Shown one piece after another: positions 1 through 9,721 of a stretch of 64,000 bases of DNA (the first letter of the stretch is position 1; every line of letters begins with the position of its first letter). The stretch is from Acidobacteriota bacterium. Lineage in GTDB: Bacteria > Acidobacteriota > UBA6911 > RPQK01 > JAJDTT01. The notes beneath the pieces were generated by a model. That model worked only from the letters and a program-made list of their open reading frames with translations, was not told the origin of the DNA and did no database searches. The translations under genes and the position numbers were made by a program. The stretch covers positions 4,547,661-4,611,660 of the forward strand of contig OZ220706.1 in the NCBI GenBank assembly GCA_965116695.1, in the 5' to 3' direction.

Positions 1-138
1 TACTCGGAGGCCATTCGGATCCGGCCCGGATATCCCGAGGCGCGGCGCAACCGGGAGCTGGTCCTGACGGAGTTGACGAGAAGGGGAGGTTGAGGCTGCC
101 ATAGGCTGATATCATGGGGATACGAGTTCAACCGTTTT

Positions 139-1788
139 GTGCGAAATGCCCGATCGAAGGGGAATAGACAGATGCCATCGAGCTTGAGATGGAGCGGCGT
201 TCCGGTTGCTTTTCTGGTCCTTCTGACCGGCGGCTTCCGGCCTGCGATGCCACAGGATCAGGATCAGCGGGCCAAGCAGGCGCAGGAGGAGCAGGACTAC
301 TTCAAGAAGTGGCTCGACGAAGACGTGGTCTACATCATCACCAAGGAGGAGCGGTCCGTCTTCGAGAAGCTGGTCGCGCCTGAGGAGAAGCAGCAGTTCA
401 TCGAGCAGTTCTGGGCCCGGCGCGACCCGTCCCAGGGGTCCGCCTACAACGAATTCAAAGAAGAGCATTACCGGCGGATCAAGTACTCCAACGAGCGTTT
501 CGCCGCGGGTTTCCCCGGCTGGATGTCGGATCGGGGGAAGATCTACATCAAGTTCGGTCCCCCCGACGAGATCCGGAGCAGCCCCAGCGGCGGGATCCAC
601 ACCCGGGAGTTCTACGAGGGAGGCGGCACGGCGGTCACCTTTCCGTTCGAGATCTGGTGGTACCGGTACATCGAGGGGATGGGACAGGACATCGAGATGG
701 AATTCGTGGACCGTCTCAACAGCGGCGAGTTCCGGCTGGCCATGGACCAATGGGAAAAGGAGGTCGGCTTCGAGATGGGGATCGGCCCCACCACCTTCGA
801 GCAGCTCGGGCTGGTGAGCCGGGCGGAAATGAACCGGGCGCGCTTCCTGGGCAATCCGGGCAACCCCTACATCCACAGCACGCGCATCCAGGACCAGCCC
901 TTGGAACGCCTGAGCCGTTACAGCCAGCTCATGAAACCGCCCACGATCCGGTTCGACGACCTGAGGACGGTAGTGGAGACCCGGGTCCGGTTCCAACAGA
1001 TTCCGGTTTCGTTGGTGGCTCACATCACCCCGGTTCACGAAAGCCTGAGCCTGGCGCTGGTGACGGCCAAGATCAAGGTCAGCCCGGAAAACTACGTTCA
1101 GACAGGAGAGGTCTGGCGTTCCGAAACCCATATCTACGGACGGATGACCGACCTCACCGGAAGGGTGGTCTACGAGTTCGACGACGACGTGGTGAGCACG
1201 CTTCGCACCGCGCCGTCGGGTCTCGGGATGGCCCAGCGCCTGTACCAGAGGAAGATTCCCGTCAAGCGGGGACGCTTCAAGCTCCAGTTCGTGGTACGGG
1301 AGGTGAAGTCGGAGAAGACCGGAACCTTGGACACCGTGGTCGTGGTGCCGGGTCCGACGGAGAAGCTCCGGGGAACCATCGTGTTGGCGGACCGGGCGGC
1401 CCCGGTCCGGCCGGGGGAATCTCTGGTCGATCCCTTCGTGGTGACCGAGGATCTGAAGGTCTACCCCAGCATCGACGGGCTGTTCGCTCCATCCGACCGG
1501 CTGGGGGTCTACCTGGAGGTTCACAATCTGGCCCAGGACATGGCGACCCAGACGGCGGACGTCAAGTTCCGTTACAGCGTGGTTTCCAAGGATGGAACGC
1601 TGGTCGACGATCTGGCCAAGGAGCTGGAGCCGCGGCGGGTCGAAAACAACTCGATGGTCAACGCCTTTTTCGCCTTTCCCCTTCAGACGCTGGCGGCCGG
1701 GGAGTACTCGTTCCAGATGGAGGTGACGGACCTGATCTCGGAAAACCGCCTGCTGCTCAAGGACAATTTCCGTATCGAAGCCAACTGA
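139..1788 (+). CDS. GWxTD domain-containing secreted protein
   Basis: Motif GWMSDRGKIYIKFGPPDEI, matching the GWxTD signature typical of Acidobacteria. N-terminal hydrophobic signal peptide. GTG start at 139, with an alternative ATG at 172. Confidence 0.75.
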   Translation: MRNARSKGNRQMPSSLRWSGVPVAFLVLLTGGFRPAMPQDQDQRAKQAQEEQDYFKKWLDEDVVYIITKEERSVFEKLVAPEEKQQFIEQFWARRDPSQGSAYNEFKEEHYRRIKYSNERFAAGFPGWMSDRGKIYIKFGPPDEIRSSPSGGIHTREFYEGGGTAVTFPFEIWWYRYIEGMGQDIEMEFVDRLNSGEFRLAMDQWEKEVGFEMGIGPTTFEQLGLVSRAEMNRARFLGNPGNPYIHSTRIQDQPLERLSRYSQLMKPPTIRFDDLRTVVETRVRFQQIPVSLVAHITPVHESLSLALVTAKIKVSPENYVQTGEVWRSETHIYGRMTDLTGRVVYEFDDDVVSTLRTAPSGLGMAQRLYQRKIPVKRGRFKLQFVVREVKSEKTGTLDTVVVVPGPTEKLRGTIVLADRAAPVRPGESLVDPFVVTEDLKVYPSIDGLFAPSDRLGVYLEVHNLAQDMATQTADVKFRYSVVSKDGTLVDDLAKELEPRRVENNSMVNAFFAFPLQTLAAGEYSFQMEVTDLISENRLLLKDNFRIEAN

Positions 1789-1818
1789 CCGGGCGGTCGA
1801 CCGGTCCCCCGCTCAAGC

Positions 1819-3714
1819 ATGCGCCCGTTCATCAACAGTTTGCCGGAGCGGATCTCCCGAGCCCCGGCGTGGGCGCTGACGCTGTTGCTGGCGAGCGCGG
1901 CCACTCTGGCGGCGCTGGAGCCGTGGTCCCGGCTCTCTGCCGGTCAGGGTCGTCCCGCCGCTCCCGCGGGCATCATTCTGATCACGGTGGACACGCTTCG
2001 GGCCGACCGTCTCGAAGCGTACGGGTACGCCGGGACGCCGAATCCGGCGGTCAACGCCCTGGCTGAGGACGGCGTCCTGTTCGAGCAGGTCATCGCCCAG
2101 TCGCCGCTCACGCTCCCGTCCCACTGCTCCATCCTGACCGGATCGTTTCCCTATCACACGGGAGTCCGGGACCAGGCGGGGTTCAGCCTGAAGCCGCATC
2201 ATCTGACTTTGGCCGAGCGGCTGCGTTCCGAGGGATATGGGACGGCGGCCTTCATCGGCTCCTCGGTCCTCAACGCCGGAACGGGGCTCGATCAGGGGTT
2301 CGACCTCTACTGGGATCTTCCGGAGCAGGGTCTTCCCGAGCGGCTGGGCGGTGAAGTGATGAGCCGGGCGCTGGATTGGCTGTCCTCGCGGGGTGACGGC
2401 AAGTTCTTCGCCTGGATTCATCTCTTCGATCCCCACGCCCCGTATGCGGCTCCCGAGCCCTTCGGAAGCCGTTACCGGAGTCGCCCCTACGACGGCGAGG
2501 TCGCCTACGTCGACTCACTGGTGGGCGATCTGGTCCGGCATCTGAAACGGCTTCGCCTCTACGATCGGACGCTCCTGGTCTTCACCAGCGATCACGGAGA
2601 GAGTCTGGGGGAGCACGGCGAGTCGAGTCACGGCATGTTCCTCTACGACGCCACCGTGCGCATTCCGCTCGTCATCAAGGCCGCCGGCTCCCCCTGGAAG
2701 GGCAGGAGGATCCGGGAACAGGTGAGGGGAGTGGACATCGCGCCGACCATCCTCCAACTGGCCGGTCTGCGGGTGGACGACGAGATCCAGGGAAGGGGTC
2801 TCCTCTCCCTGATCCGAGGGCGCTGGAACCAGCCGGAGTTGCCCGCCTACAGCGAGACCTACTATCCGTACTACCATTTTCAGTGGAGTCCGCTCTTCTC
2901 CATGCGGGCTCGCGGCTTCAAGTACATCGACGCGCCCAATCCGGAGCTCTATGACCTGGTTGCAGACGCCGGAGAGCGGCGGAACATCATCGGGGGACGC
3001 CCCTCCATGGCGGCTTACCTGAAGGAGAACCTGGAAGACGAGTACCGGAAGTTCTCCGCCGGCCGCGACGAGCCTCCCGAACCGGAGCAGATGGACCGGG
3101 CCACCATCGAGCGTCTCAAGAGCCTGGGCTACCTGGGTTTCGCCTCGGGGACGGCGAAACTCCCGTCCACCGAGGGACTTGCTGATCCCAAGGACCGGAT
3201 CGCGCTCTACGAACTGTTGCAGCAGGCGTTCCAGGATTCCGAGGAGGGGCGGTTCATCGAATCCAACAGCAAATTGCGGAAGGTCGTGGCCCAGGAGGAG
3301 GGTCTCATCGATGCCCACCTCTACCTGGGCCTGAACTCGGTCGAGATGGGGCAGTTCAGCGATGCCATCGAGGCCTTCCAGGCTGTGCTCCGCCGTGATC
3401 CGGGCAACCTGATGGCCCTCTACAACCTCGCCCTCTCCTATCTCAATCAGGGCCGCCCCGACGCGGCCGTTCCGGGACTGGAACGGACCGTGCAACTGGA
3501 CCCGGACGACGTGACGGCCCGGGTCGCCCTGGGAAGGGCCTACCAGTTGGCCGGCAGGCTCGATGACGCCATCGATGCCCTGGAGAAGGCGGTCGCCGCC
3601 CGCCCCGAATTTGCCGACGCCCTGGACTTCCTGAGCCAGGCGTATGGCCAAAAGGGATGGACCGCCAAAGCGGATTCGGCCCGCCGCCGCGCCGAAGCGG
3701 CCCGAAACCGCTGA
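1819..3714 (+). CDS. sulfatase/alkaline-phosphatase-superfamily protein with C-terminal TPR repeats
   Basis: N-terminal ITVDTLRADRL and SHCSILTGSFPYHTGVRD (sulfatase-like metal/active-site region), and a DHGESLGEHG motif. The C-terminal ~200 aa carry repeated TPR-like A/L-rich helices. Signal peptide present. Confidence 0.7.
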   Translation: MRPFINSLPERISRAPAWALTLLLASAATLAALEPWSRLSAGQGRPAAPAGIILITVDTLRADRLEAYGYAGTPNPAVNALAEDGVLFEQVIAQSPLTLPSHCSILTGSFPYHTGVRDQAGFSLKPHHLTLAERLRSEGYGTAAFIGSSVLNAGTGLDQGFDLYWDLPEQGLPERLGGEVMSRALDWLSSRGDGKFFAWIHLFDPHAPYAAPEPFGSRYRSRPYDGEVAYVDSLVGDLVRHLKRLRLYDRTLLVFTSDHGESLGEHGESSHGMFLYDATVRIPLVIKAAGSPWKGRRIREQVRGVDIAPTILQLAGLRVDDEIQGRGLLSLIRGRWNQPELPAYSETYYPYYHFQWSPLFSMRARGFKYIDAPNPELYDLVADAGERRNIIGGRPSMAAYLKENLEDEYRKFSAGRDEPPEPEQMDRATIERLKSLGYLGFASGTAKLPSTEGLADPKDRIALYELLQQAFQDSEEGRFIESNSKLRKVVAQEEGLIDAHLYLGLNSVEMGQFSDAIEAFQAVLRRDPGNLMALYNLALSYLNQGRPDAAVPGLERTVQLDPDDVTARVALGRAYQLAGRLDDAIDALEKAVAARPEFADALDFLSQAYGQKGWTAKADSARRRAEAARNR

Positions 3715-3874
3715 GCCCTGACAGCGGCAAATCCGCGATCCGGTTTTCTCTCGATCCTCATCATCGAGTTCTTGACCGGCAACCCTCCGGCGGCTACTCT
3801 TTGCGCGTTGAAATCGTGGCCGCGGCCGGTCCGTCCGCGAGCTTTCACCCTGTTCATGAGGAGGTAGGAATCGA

Positions 3875-4888
3875 ATGTATCTGACCAACGAGAAAGTCGC
3901 CGTTCTGGGCGCCGCCGGCGCCATTGGCTCCAACCTGGTGCAGTCGCTGCTGCAGACGGGAACCGCCAATCGGATCTCCATGTACGATCCGTTGGAGGGT
4001 CCGCTCAAGGGGTCGGCCGAAGAGATCTACCACTGTTCGTTTCCGGGAGCCCAGGTCACCTGGACCACCGACGAGGCGGAGGCCCTGGCGGACGCCGCCT
4101 ACATCATCACCGCGGGAGGCGCTCCCCGCCGCGCCGGCATGACCCGCGAGGACCTGCGCAAGGACAACTGCAAGATCGCCAGGAACCTGGGCCAACAGAT
4201 CAAGCAGCACTGCCCGGCCTGCAAGTTGGCCGTCGTCATCTTCAATCCCGCCGACATCACGGGCCTGACCACGCTGGTCCACTCGGGGCTGCCGGGATCG
4301 GCGGTCTCCACCCTGGCCGCGCTGGACAGCACGCGTCTCCAGAGCGCTCTGGCCCAACATTTCTCCGTCCCCCAGGACCAGGTGACCGGTTGCGCCACCT
4401 ACGGTGGCCACGGCGAGCAGATGGCCGTGTTCAAGGGCAGCATCTCCGTCGCCGGGACGCCTCTCGGTGGGATCCTCGATGGCGCCACCGTCGAGGGGCA
4501 GGGTCTGACCCCGGGCCAGTGGGCCCATCTGCAGCAGCAGGTCCGCGGGGGCGGCGCCGCCATCATCAAGCTGCGAGGGCGCTCCTCCTTCCAGTCGCCG
4601 GCGCACCTGAGCACCTCCATGCTCCGGGGCCGCCTGGGCGCCGACGAGTTCCCCTGGCCCTGCGGCACCTACGTCAACCGGGGCGAGTTCCGCCACATCA
4701 TGATGGCCATGGACACAAGCTTCGGACCGGACGGTCTGGAGTATTCAATGCCTCAGGGAGACGCGGAGGACATGGCCGCGCTCCGGAATTCCTACCGGCA
4801 CCTGACCAACCTGCGCGACCAGACCATCGCCGACGGCCTGCTACCGCCGTTGGACGAATGGAAGGACGTGAATCCGAACCTGGTGTGA
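3875..4888 (+). CDS. lactate/malate dehydrogenase family NAD-dependent oxidoreductase
   Basis: Rossmann motif VAVLGAAGAIGS at the N-terminus. A GGHGEQM stretch lies at the position of the catalytic His loop of LDH/MDH. Length 337 aa. Confidence 0.6.
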   Translation: MYLTNEKVAVLGAAGAIGSNLVQSLLQTGTANRISMYDPLEGPLKGSAEEIYHCSFPGAQVTWTTDEAEALADAAYIITAGGAPRRAGMTREDLRKDNCKIARNLGQQIKQHCPACKLAVVIFNPADITGLTTLVHSGLPGSAVSTLAALDSTRLQSALAQHFSVPQDQVTGCATYGGHGEQMAVFKGSISVAGTPLGGILDGATVEGQGLTPGQWAHLQQQVRGGGAAIIKLRGRSSFQSPAHLSTSMLRGRLGADEFPWPCGTYVNRGEFRHIMMAMDTSFGPDGLEYSMPQGDAEDMAALRNSYRHLTNLRDQTIADGLLPPLDEWKDVNPNLV

Positions 4889-5016
4889 AGGGTTACAGCC
4901 GCTCGATACCGGGCGATCCTGGCGCCGATATCCCGTCTATGGCGCTGCTCCGAGTTGGTGCAGGCGCAGCAGACAGAGCATCGTTCATTAACGGAACTTT
5001 GACAGCGTCACCTTGC

Positions 5017-5250
5017 TCATAAGTCCGCAAAGGCCTTGGTGTCCGCTTCCGATCGCCATTCCTCGAAGGTGCGGAACGGGTCATCCGTGGGGGCGTCCCG
5101 CCTCGCTTTGGTGAGAATTACTCGTCCATCAATGATCTCGTACAGGAGCTTGTCCCCGGGCTGCAACCCGAGCAAAGTGCGGATCGGAAGAGGGATGGTC
5201 GTCTGGGCCTTGGAAGTCAGCTTGCTGATGATCATGGACCCCATCTCCAC
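5017..5250 (-). CDS. AbrB/MazE/SpoVT-family DNA-binding protein (type II antitoxin-like), apparently orphan
   Basis: 77 aa. SKAQTTIPLPIRTLLGLQPGDKLLYEIIDGRVIL matches the swapped-hairpin SpoVT/AbrB fold, and the acidic C-terminal tail (DDPFRTFEEWRSE) is typical of antitoxins. No toxin ORF is adjacent. A palindromic operator lies upstream (see next feature). Confidence 0.6.
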   Translation of the reverse strand: MEMGSMIISKLTSKAQTTIPLPIRTLLGLQPGDKLLYEIIDGRVILTKARRDAPTDDPFRTFEEWRSEADTKAFADL

Positions 5251-5273
5251 CTGGCCTGTCTGACTTTGCCAAT

Positions 5274-5290
5274 GTAAGGAATTTCCTTAC
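5274..5290. promoter_or_regulatory. perfect palindrome GTAAGGAA-T-TTCCTTAC upstream of the AbrB-like gene (putative autoregulatory operator)
   Basis: 17-bp perfect inverted repeat 24 bp upstream of the start codon at 5250, in an AT-rich stretch. Confidence 0.5.
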
Positions 5291-5559
5291 TTGCTGTCAC
5301 CCCTCCAAGACATTAATTCTCACCGCGACTCGGACCCAGAGCGCTTTGGTCCTAGTCCTGCGAGGAGGCCGCTGCGAAGACCTCGGAAGAGGAAATCCGG
5401 AAGCCTGATCACCGGCGAGGGGAGTGCGGACTCAATAGCCTCACGGGGCATGGCTCGGTCGCGATAAAGTTCGTTCCCTCTGATGGTCTCGTCGTTAGAG
5501 AAGTGGGGAAATACGACGTGGGCCCGGAGGAAGGAGATGTTGGCACCATGAAGGGGTAA

Positions 5560-5823
5560 ATGAACGTGAGAGAAGTCGTAACCAAGGCAAAGGAAACCAT
5601 CATCACAGTTTTTGACGATGAAGATATCCGGGATCCCAGGCTGGAAGAGGTCGCCTTGAATAGTCGCCAGGGACCAGCTACCTGGAAAGTGACCATCAGT
5701 TTTGTTCGACCGTCGATTCTGATCCCTCTGAGCAACGAGCGCACTTTCAAGGTCGTTCATATCAATGACCTCACCGGAGAGGTTCTATCCGTGACTCATC
5801 GCACTCTGGCCGCCTCGAACTGA
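5560..5823 (+). CDS. hypothetical protein (87 aa)
   Basis: ORF in a lower-GC stretch with non-shadow-like amino-acid composition (I/K/E rich). No recognisable domain. Confidence 0.35.
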   Translation: MNVREVVTKAKETIITVFDDEDIRDPRLEEVALNSRQGPATWKVTISFVRPSILIPLSNERTFKVVHINDLTGEVLSVTHRTLAASN

Positions 5824-5885
5824 CGTGATGCGTCTCACCGAAGCCTTCATCGACGCGAATCTTCTGGTGCTGCGAGTGGTCAGGT

Positions 5886-6263
5886 TCAGTGGACCCGGCC
5901 GGGTGAGAAGGCTTTCTCCTCCTCGTACCCATGGACCAGGACGAAGAAATATGAAGGGCTCTGGCCCAGGTCCGACTCGACGACCAGCTCGAAGAGGTTC
6001 TCTTCGTTGGTCTCACCGGCCACCGCCTGGACGTAGCGAATCTCCTCGGACTTGATGAAGAGCTCTCCCAGAAGGAGCTTTCCCCGCAGGACCTGGACCA
6101 GCAGAGTGCCGTCCGGTTCGCTGGCGAAATGCCAGTGCAGGTCCTCGTCGTCGTAGAGGACGGCGTTCATGGTCCCCGCCCTCAAGATGCAGTTGGGATG
6201 AGCGTTGAGCCATCTCCAGAAAGCGTCGAACGTCATCGTGAAAGGAGCTTCCATGCGGCTCAT
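5886..6263 (-). CDS. hypothetical protein (125 aa)
   Basis: Clean ORF with ordinary composition. No recognisable motif. Confidence 0.4.
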   Translation of the reverse strand: MSRMEAPFTMTFDAFWRWLNAHPNCILRAGTMNAVLYDDEDLHWHFASEPDGTLLVQVLRGKLLLGELFIKSEEIRYVQAVAGETNEENLFELVVESDLGQSPSYFFVLVHGYEEEKAFSPGRVH

Positions 6264-6312
6264 GGTAACAGCCCGCAGCGAAAATCGTCACGGCATCCGG
6301 CCGCGTTTCCGG

Positions 6313-7557
6313 CTACCGCCGGAAGGCCGTTTCGACGCCCAGATATCCTGCCAGCAGGAAAAAAATAAGGATTGAAGCCAGCACTGCCGAGGTCCAGGGC
6401 CGGTTCCGGTAACGGCTGCCGATCCATCCGGCCCTGCCGTTCATGCGCAGCAACGCGGCCGCCAGCATGGGGACGAAGAGCACTCCCACGATGGCGTAGG
6501 TCTTCTGCATCCGGGCGAACCCGACCCACAGACCCACCATCGGAATCGTGGCCATGGCATACATGGCTCCCCGGTAGATCCGGGAGTCGGGATCTACTCG
6601 GCGGCGGCGACTTGTCCCCTTGGCGCCCATCAGGGAGGTCAGATCCGTGAACAGGTACGGAATCGCCTGCCAGGCCCCCAACAGGCTGCTGAAGATGGCC
6701 CCCCACGCTCCCAACAGGAACGCCCATCCTCCCACCGGCCCCAGGGAGTCGGTCAGGCGCTCCGCAAGGCGAATCAGCAGCGTGGCGCCGCCGCCCTGAA
6801 CCTCGACCTGGCTGCCGATGATCACCATGGCCAAGCCGAACAAAGCCGTCACGACGTAGGCGGCGGCCAGATCGAGGCGGCAGACTTTGAGATCCTCGAC
6901 GCCGCGTCGCCCCTCCTCCTGAATCCAGTAGCCGTAGCAGAGAATGGTGACCGTACCGCCCACGCCCCCCATGAGGGCCAACGTCCATCCCAGGCCCTGA
7001 CCGCTCGATTCGGGGATGGCGGGCCACACCAGGCCGGCGATGACCTCCCCCCAATCCGGTGCCAGACGGACGGCGGAAACCACGACCGTGCAGAACATCA
7101 GTCCGATGCAGACCCGCATGACCTTTTCGAAGAGCCGGTAGCCTCCCAAGCGGACCATCAGGACGCCGATCAGGCTCCAGGCGATCCCGTAGACGATCTT
7201 GCCTGTGGCCGGATCGGAATGAAGCGGCAGGAGGGCGTGGGAAGCCACGCCGCAGGCGCTCATCAGCGCCGCCGCCACCAGAAAGCTCCAGACCACCAGG
7301 TATCCCAGAAAGAGGTATTGGATGGGGCGCCCCAGGCGATCCACGGCGCCTTCCAGGAGGGTCTGCCCCGTGGCCAGTTGCCAGCGCGTGATCCCCTCAC
7401 TGAGGACATACTTGAAGAAACTGCCGGCCAGGACGGCCCAGAGGATGGCGACCCCCAGCTTCGATCCGGCGAAACCGGCGGTGGCCAGGTCTCCGGCGCC
7501 CACGCCGGTGGCCGCCACCAGTAATCCGGGTCCCATGATGGCAAGCGGATTTCTCAT
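6313..7557 (-). CDS. Nramp-family divalent metal cation transporter (MntH-like)
   Basis: N-terminal GPGLLVAATGVGAGDLATAGFAGSKLG resembles the Nramp GPG...DPGN...AG motif. Roughly 11 predicted TM segments over 414 aa. Confidence 0.6.
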   Translation of the reverse strand: MRNPLAIMGPGLLVAATGVGAGDLATAGFAGSKLGVAILWAVLAGSFFKYVLSEGITRWQLATGQTLLEGAVDRLGRPIQYLFLGYLVVWSFLVAAALMSACGVASHALLPLHSDPATGKIVYGIAWSLIGVLMVRLGGYRLFEKVMRVCIGLMFCTVVVSAVRLAPDWGEVIAGLVWPAIPESSGQGLGWTLALMGGVGGTVTILCYGYWIQEEGRRGVEDLKVCRLDLAAAYVVTALFGLAMVIIGSQVEVQGGGATLLIRLAERLTDSLGPVGGWAFLLGAWGAIFSSLLGAWQAIPYLFTDLTSLMGAKGTSRRRRVDPDSRIYRGAMYAMATIPMVGLWVGFARMQKTYAIVGVLFVPMLAAALLRMNGRAGWIGSRYRNRPWTSAVLASILIFFLLAGYLGVETAFRR

Positions 7558-7781
7558 CTTACGTCCCGCACCAGTCTGCTGGAGTCAGCCGCTGTTCGCT
7601 ACGTTACATCTCCAGCCAATCGGAAGGGGCTGCACGTGAATCCGTCAGCGGCACGAACCTTGTTGCTCGTTCTGCTATTCCGGCGATCCAGGAACCGTAT
7701 ACCCCCGACGGCGCCTATCATGGCGCCATTTTACCGGCCAAGCTACGCCGTGGCGGATTCGTCTCCTTCCAGGCCGACGCC

Positions 7782-8130
7782 GTGGAGGGAAACGTGGAGA
7801 CGCGGCCGATCCGATTTCAGGGATACCGACTCTTTTGCAACGTGGACGCCCGTGGGGGGGAACTGACGGTGGAAGTGGGCCGCCTCCAGAAGAAGAATCG
7901 AGTTGGGAGTGGGTTGGAAAGGGAACCCGGCCCATCCGGGGGATCGTCTGGAGGCGGAAGTGACGTGGGGGAGTCGGGACGACCTCCGGGATCTGAACGG
8001 GAAGGTCCTCCGTCTGCGCTTTCATCTCACGAACGCCGACCTCTACTCCTTCTGGTCGGAAACAGTGGAAGAGGTCTGCACTGGTGGCCCCAAGGGATGC
8101 CTTCCTGCGAAAATATTCTGCGAATCCTGA
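7782..8130 (+). pseudogene. degraded C-terminal remnant of a glycoside-hydrolase-like beta-sandwich protein
   Basis: Two overlapping frames carry ...VDARGGELTVEV... and then ...GKVLRLRFHLTNADLYSFW..., which resembles the conserved C-terminal strand of GH32/LamG-like domains. There is no N-terminal part and the frames are broken. Confidence 0.25.
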
Positions 8131-8163
8131 ATCGTGGTCCGGATGAGGAGTCCGCCCCGTGGA

Positions 8164-9390
8164 TCAGCGGCGGCCCAGGAACTGGGACAACTGGGCCATA
8201 GCCGGGTGAGTCGTCGATGCGGCAGACGGCATGTTTTCATACCGATCCAGCAGTTCCGACTCGGCAAATCGTTGTGGCCAGTCCAGGTTGGCGGCGATTC
8301 GTCCTTGGTCAAATACGATGGCGGAAAGTTCCAAAAGTCCGAACAGATCTCTCACCATTGCGCGGTCAGGATACTTGAGACCCAGGTAGAGCGCTCGTCC
8401 CCGAACGATTAGGTCGGGCGGTTTTGTTGGTCCGGCGTCCAGCAGAATCTCCAGGATTTGCAATTGCCGCTGGGCCAGCACGCGCCGGCGGGGACTGCGT
8501 AGTTTCCCAAATAGCGATCTGGCGAATTCCCGGAACAGCACTCGGCGATGGTTAGTGGCGATGGCCTCGGCAACCACGTTGCATCTCTCGGCCACCGCCG
8601 GCAGCGCAAACTTCAGAAACGGCGTCAGATCGTGTCCGTTTTCGCGGGTTTCGTACAGAGCGGTCAAGTATTCGTCTTTGTGTTCGTAGTAGTAGTTGGA
8701 GAGGCTGACCATGATCACGTCGTTGACCCCGGCCCGCCGCAGCATGAATGATTCCAGGGCGCGAGCGGTGCGGCCGTTTCCGTCGCCGAAGGGGTGCATC
8801 GCGCCGATGTGGTAGTGAGCGGCGATAGCCTGAATGAGACGGTCGTGACGCTGGAACTCTCCGGCGATGGCGGCGGCGAAGCCTTCGAAGGCCTCGCTGC
8901 ATTCACGGCCGCCCTCGGCACCCCGGCAGCGTGGCGTCCCGAAGGTGACGTTCCACGCGTCAGGACGTGTCCGGCCCGGTTCGCAATGATCATCGTCGCA
9001 TCCGGTCACGATGCGCCGGTGGATTTCCCGGATGAAATCGGCGCTGACCGGCTGTTCGGCAGGTCTTGAACGCAGCCAGCGGCAGGTGGCGTCAGCGGCG
9101 CGAAGTTGACGCTGGGAACGGGTCAAAATAGTCGTCGCAGTCAGGGTGGCAGCGAGAGCTTCGTCCTGTTCGCGTTGCGTGAACTCGGCGCCTTCAATGC
9201 GCGATGTGCCGGCCGCTTCCAATCGCAACTGCTCCGCGTGCGCCTCCTCAATCCAATGAGGCAGATATGGCATCTGATTCAGGACGCCGCCGCCGGTCTT
9301 GGCCTCGATCAGCAGGTGGAAGACGGCAGAGAAATCGTAGTGCACCCATCGCTGGGGGACCACATAGCGACTGACATTATCGGCAGTCAT
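8164..9390 (-). CDS. Fic family protein (AMPylase-type), class II with N-terminal inhibitory motif
   Basis: Canonical Fic motif HPFGDGNGRTARAL. An upstream TSRIEG fits the [ST]xxxE[GN] inhibitory-helix motif. 408 aa. Confidence 0.8.
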   Translation of the reverse strand: MTADNVSRYVVPQRWVHYDFSAVFHLLIEAKTGGGVLNQMPYLPHWIEEAHAEQLRLEAAGTSRIEGAEFTQREQDEALAATLTATTILTRSQRQLRAADATCRWLRSRPAEQPVSADFIREIHRRIVTGCDDDHCEPGRTRPDAWNVTFGTPRCRGAEGGRECSEAFEGFAAAIAGEFQRHDRLIQAIAAHYHIGAMHPFGDGNGRTARALESFMLRRAGVNDVIMVSLSNYYYEHKDEYLTALYETRENGHDLTPFLKFALPAVAERCNVVAEAIATNHRRVLFREFARSLFGKLRSPRRRVLAQRQLQILEILLDAGPTKPPDLIVRGRALYLGLKYPDRAMVRDLFGLLELSAIVFDQGRIAANLDWPQRFAESELLDRYENMPSAASTTHPAMAQLSQFLGRR

Positions 9391-9721
9391 TTCCGACTCA
9401 TTTCCAGTTCATTTCAAATGTATTTATTTGGATCATTATTATTATGAGTAATTTACACGTCTAAATCGTATATTCATTTCCATCTCATTTCCATCTCATT
9501 TCGCTCTCGTTTCCACGGTCTCTTCGGAATCGAGTCCGCATACCGGGCAATACCTTCCTGATGGCGATTCTGAGACCCTCGCGACATCGCGGGAAGACTC
9601 AGCAGTTGAACCGTCCCCATTCGATCCCAACTTGTGCGCAGTCTTCCTGCCGAAGGCCGAGGTTGGAGACCCTCGACGTTTCACCTTTCGACCAGTAATC
9701 TGACTTGCCAGGAGGTGCGCA
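9391..9721. promoter_or_regulatory. AT-rich divergent intergenic region with reiterated TCATTTCCA/CATCTCATTTC motifs
   Basis: Lies between the Fic gene (minus strand) and the esterase gene (plus strand). GC drops sharply here. There are at least 5 copies of the tcatttc(c/g) motif in 9400-9520. Confidence 0.4.

Noticed and set aside
112-1524. 470-aa minus-strand ORF antisense to the GWxTD gene
   Set aside because: Its composition is that of a GC-rich shadow ORF (rich in Arg, Pro, Gly and Leu, with no motifs), and it overlaps a well-supported plus-strand gene entirely.
2515-4008. 497-aa minus-strand ORF spanning the sulfatase/TPR and dehydrogenase genes
   Set aside because: Antisense shadow ORF in high-GC DNA; it crosses an intergenic region and has no recognisable domain.
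4893-5084. 63-aa ORF downstream of the AbrB-like antitoxin, considered as a possible toxin
   Set aside because: It overlaps the antitoxin coding region out of frame. It is Ala/Pro/Arg-rich with no RelE, MazF or PIN features.
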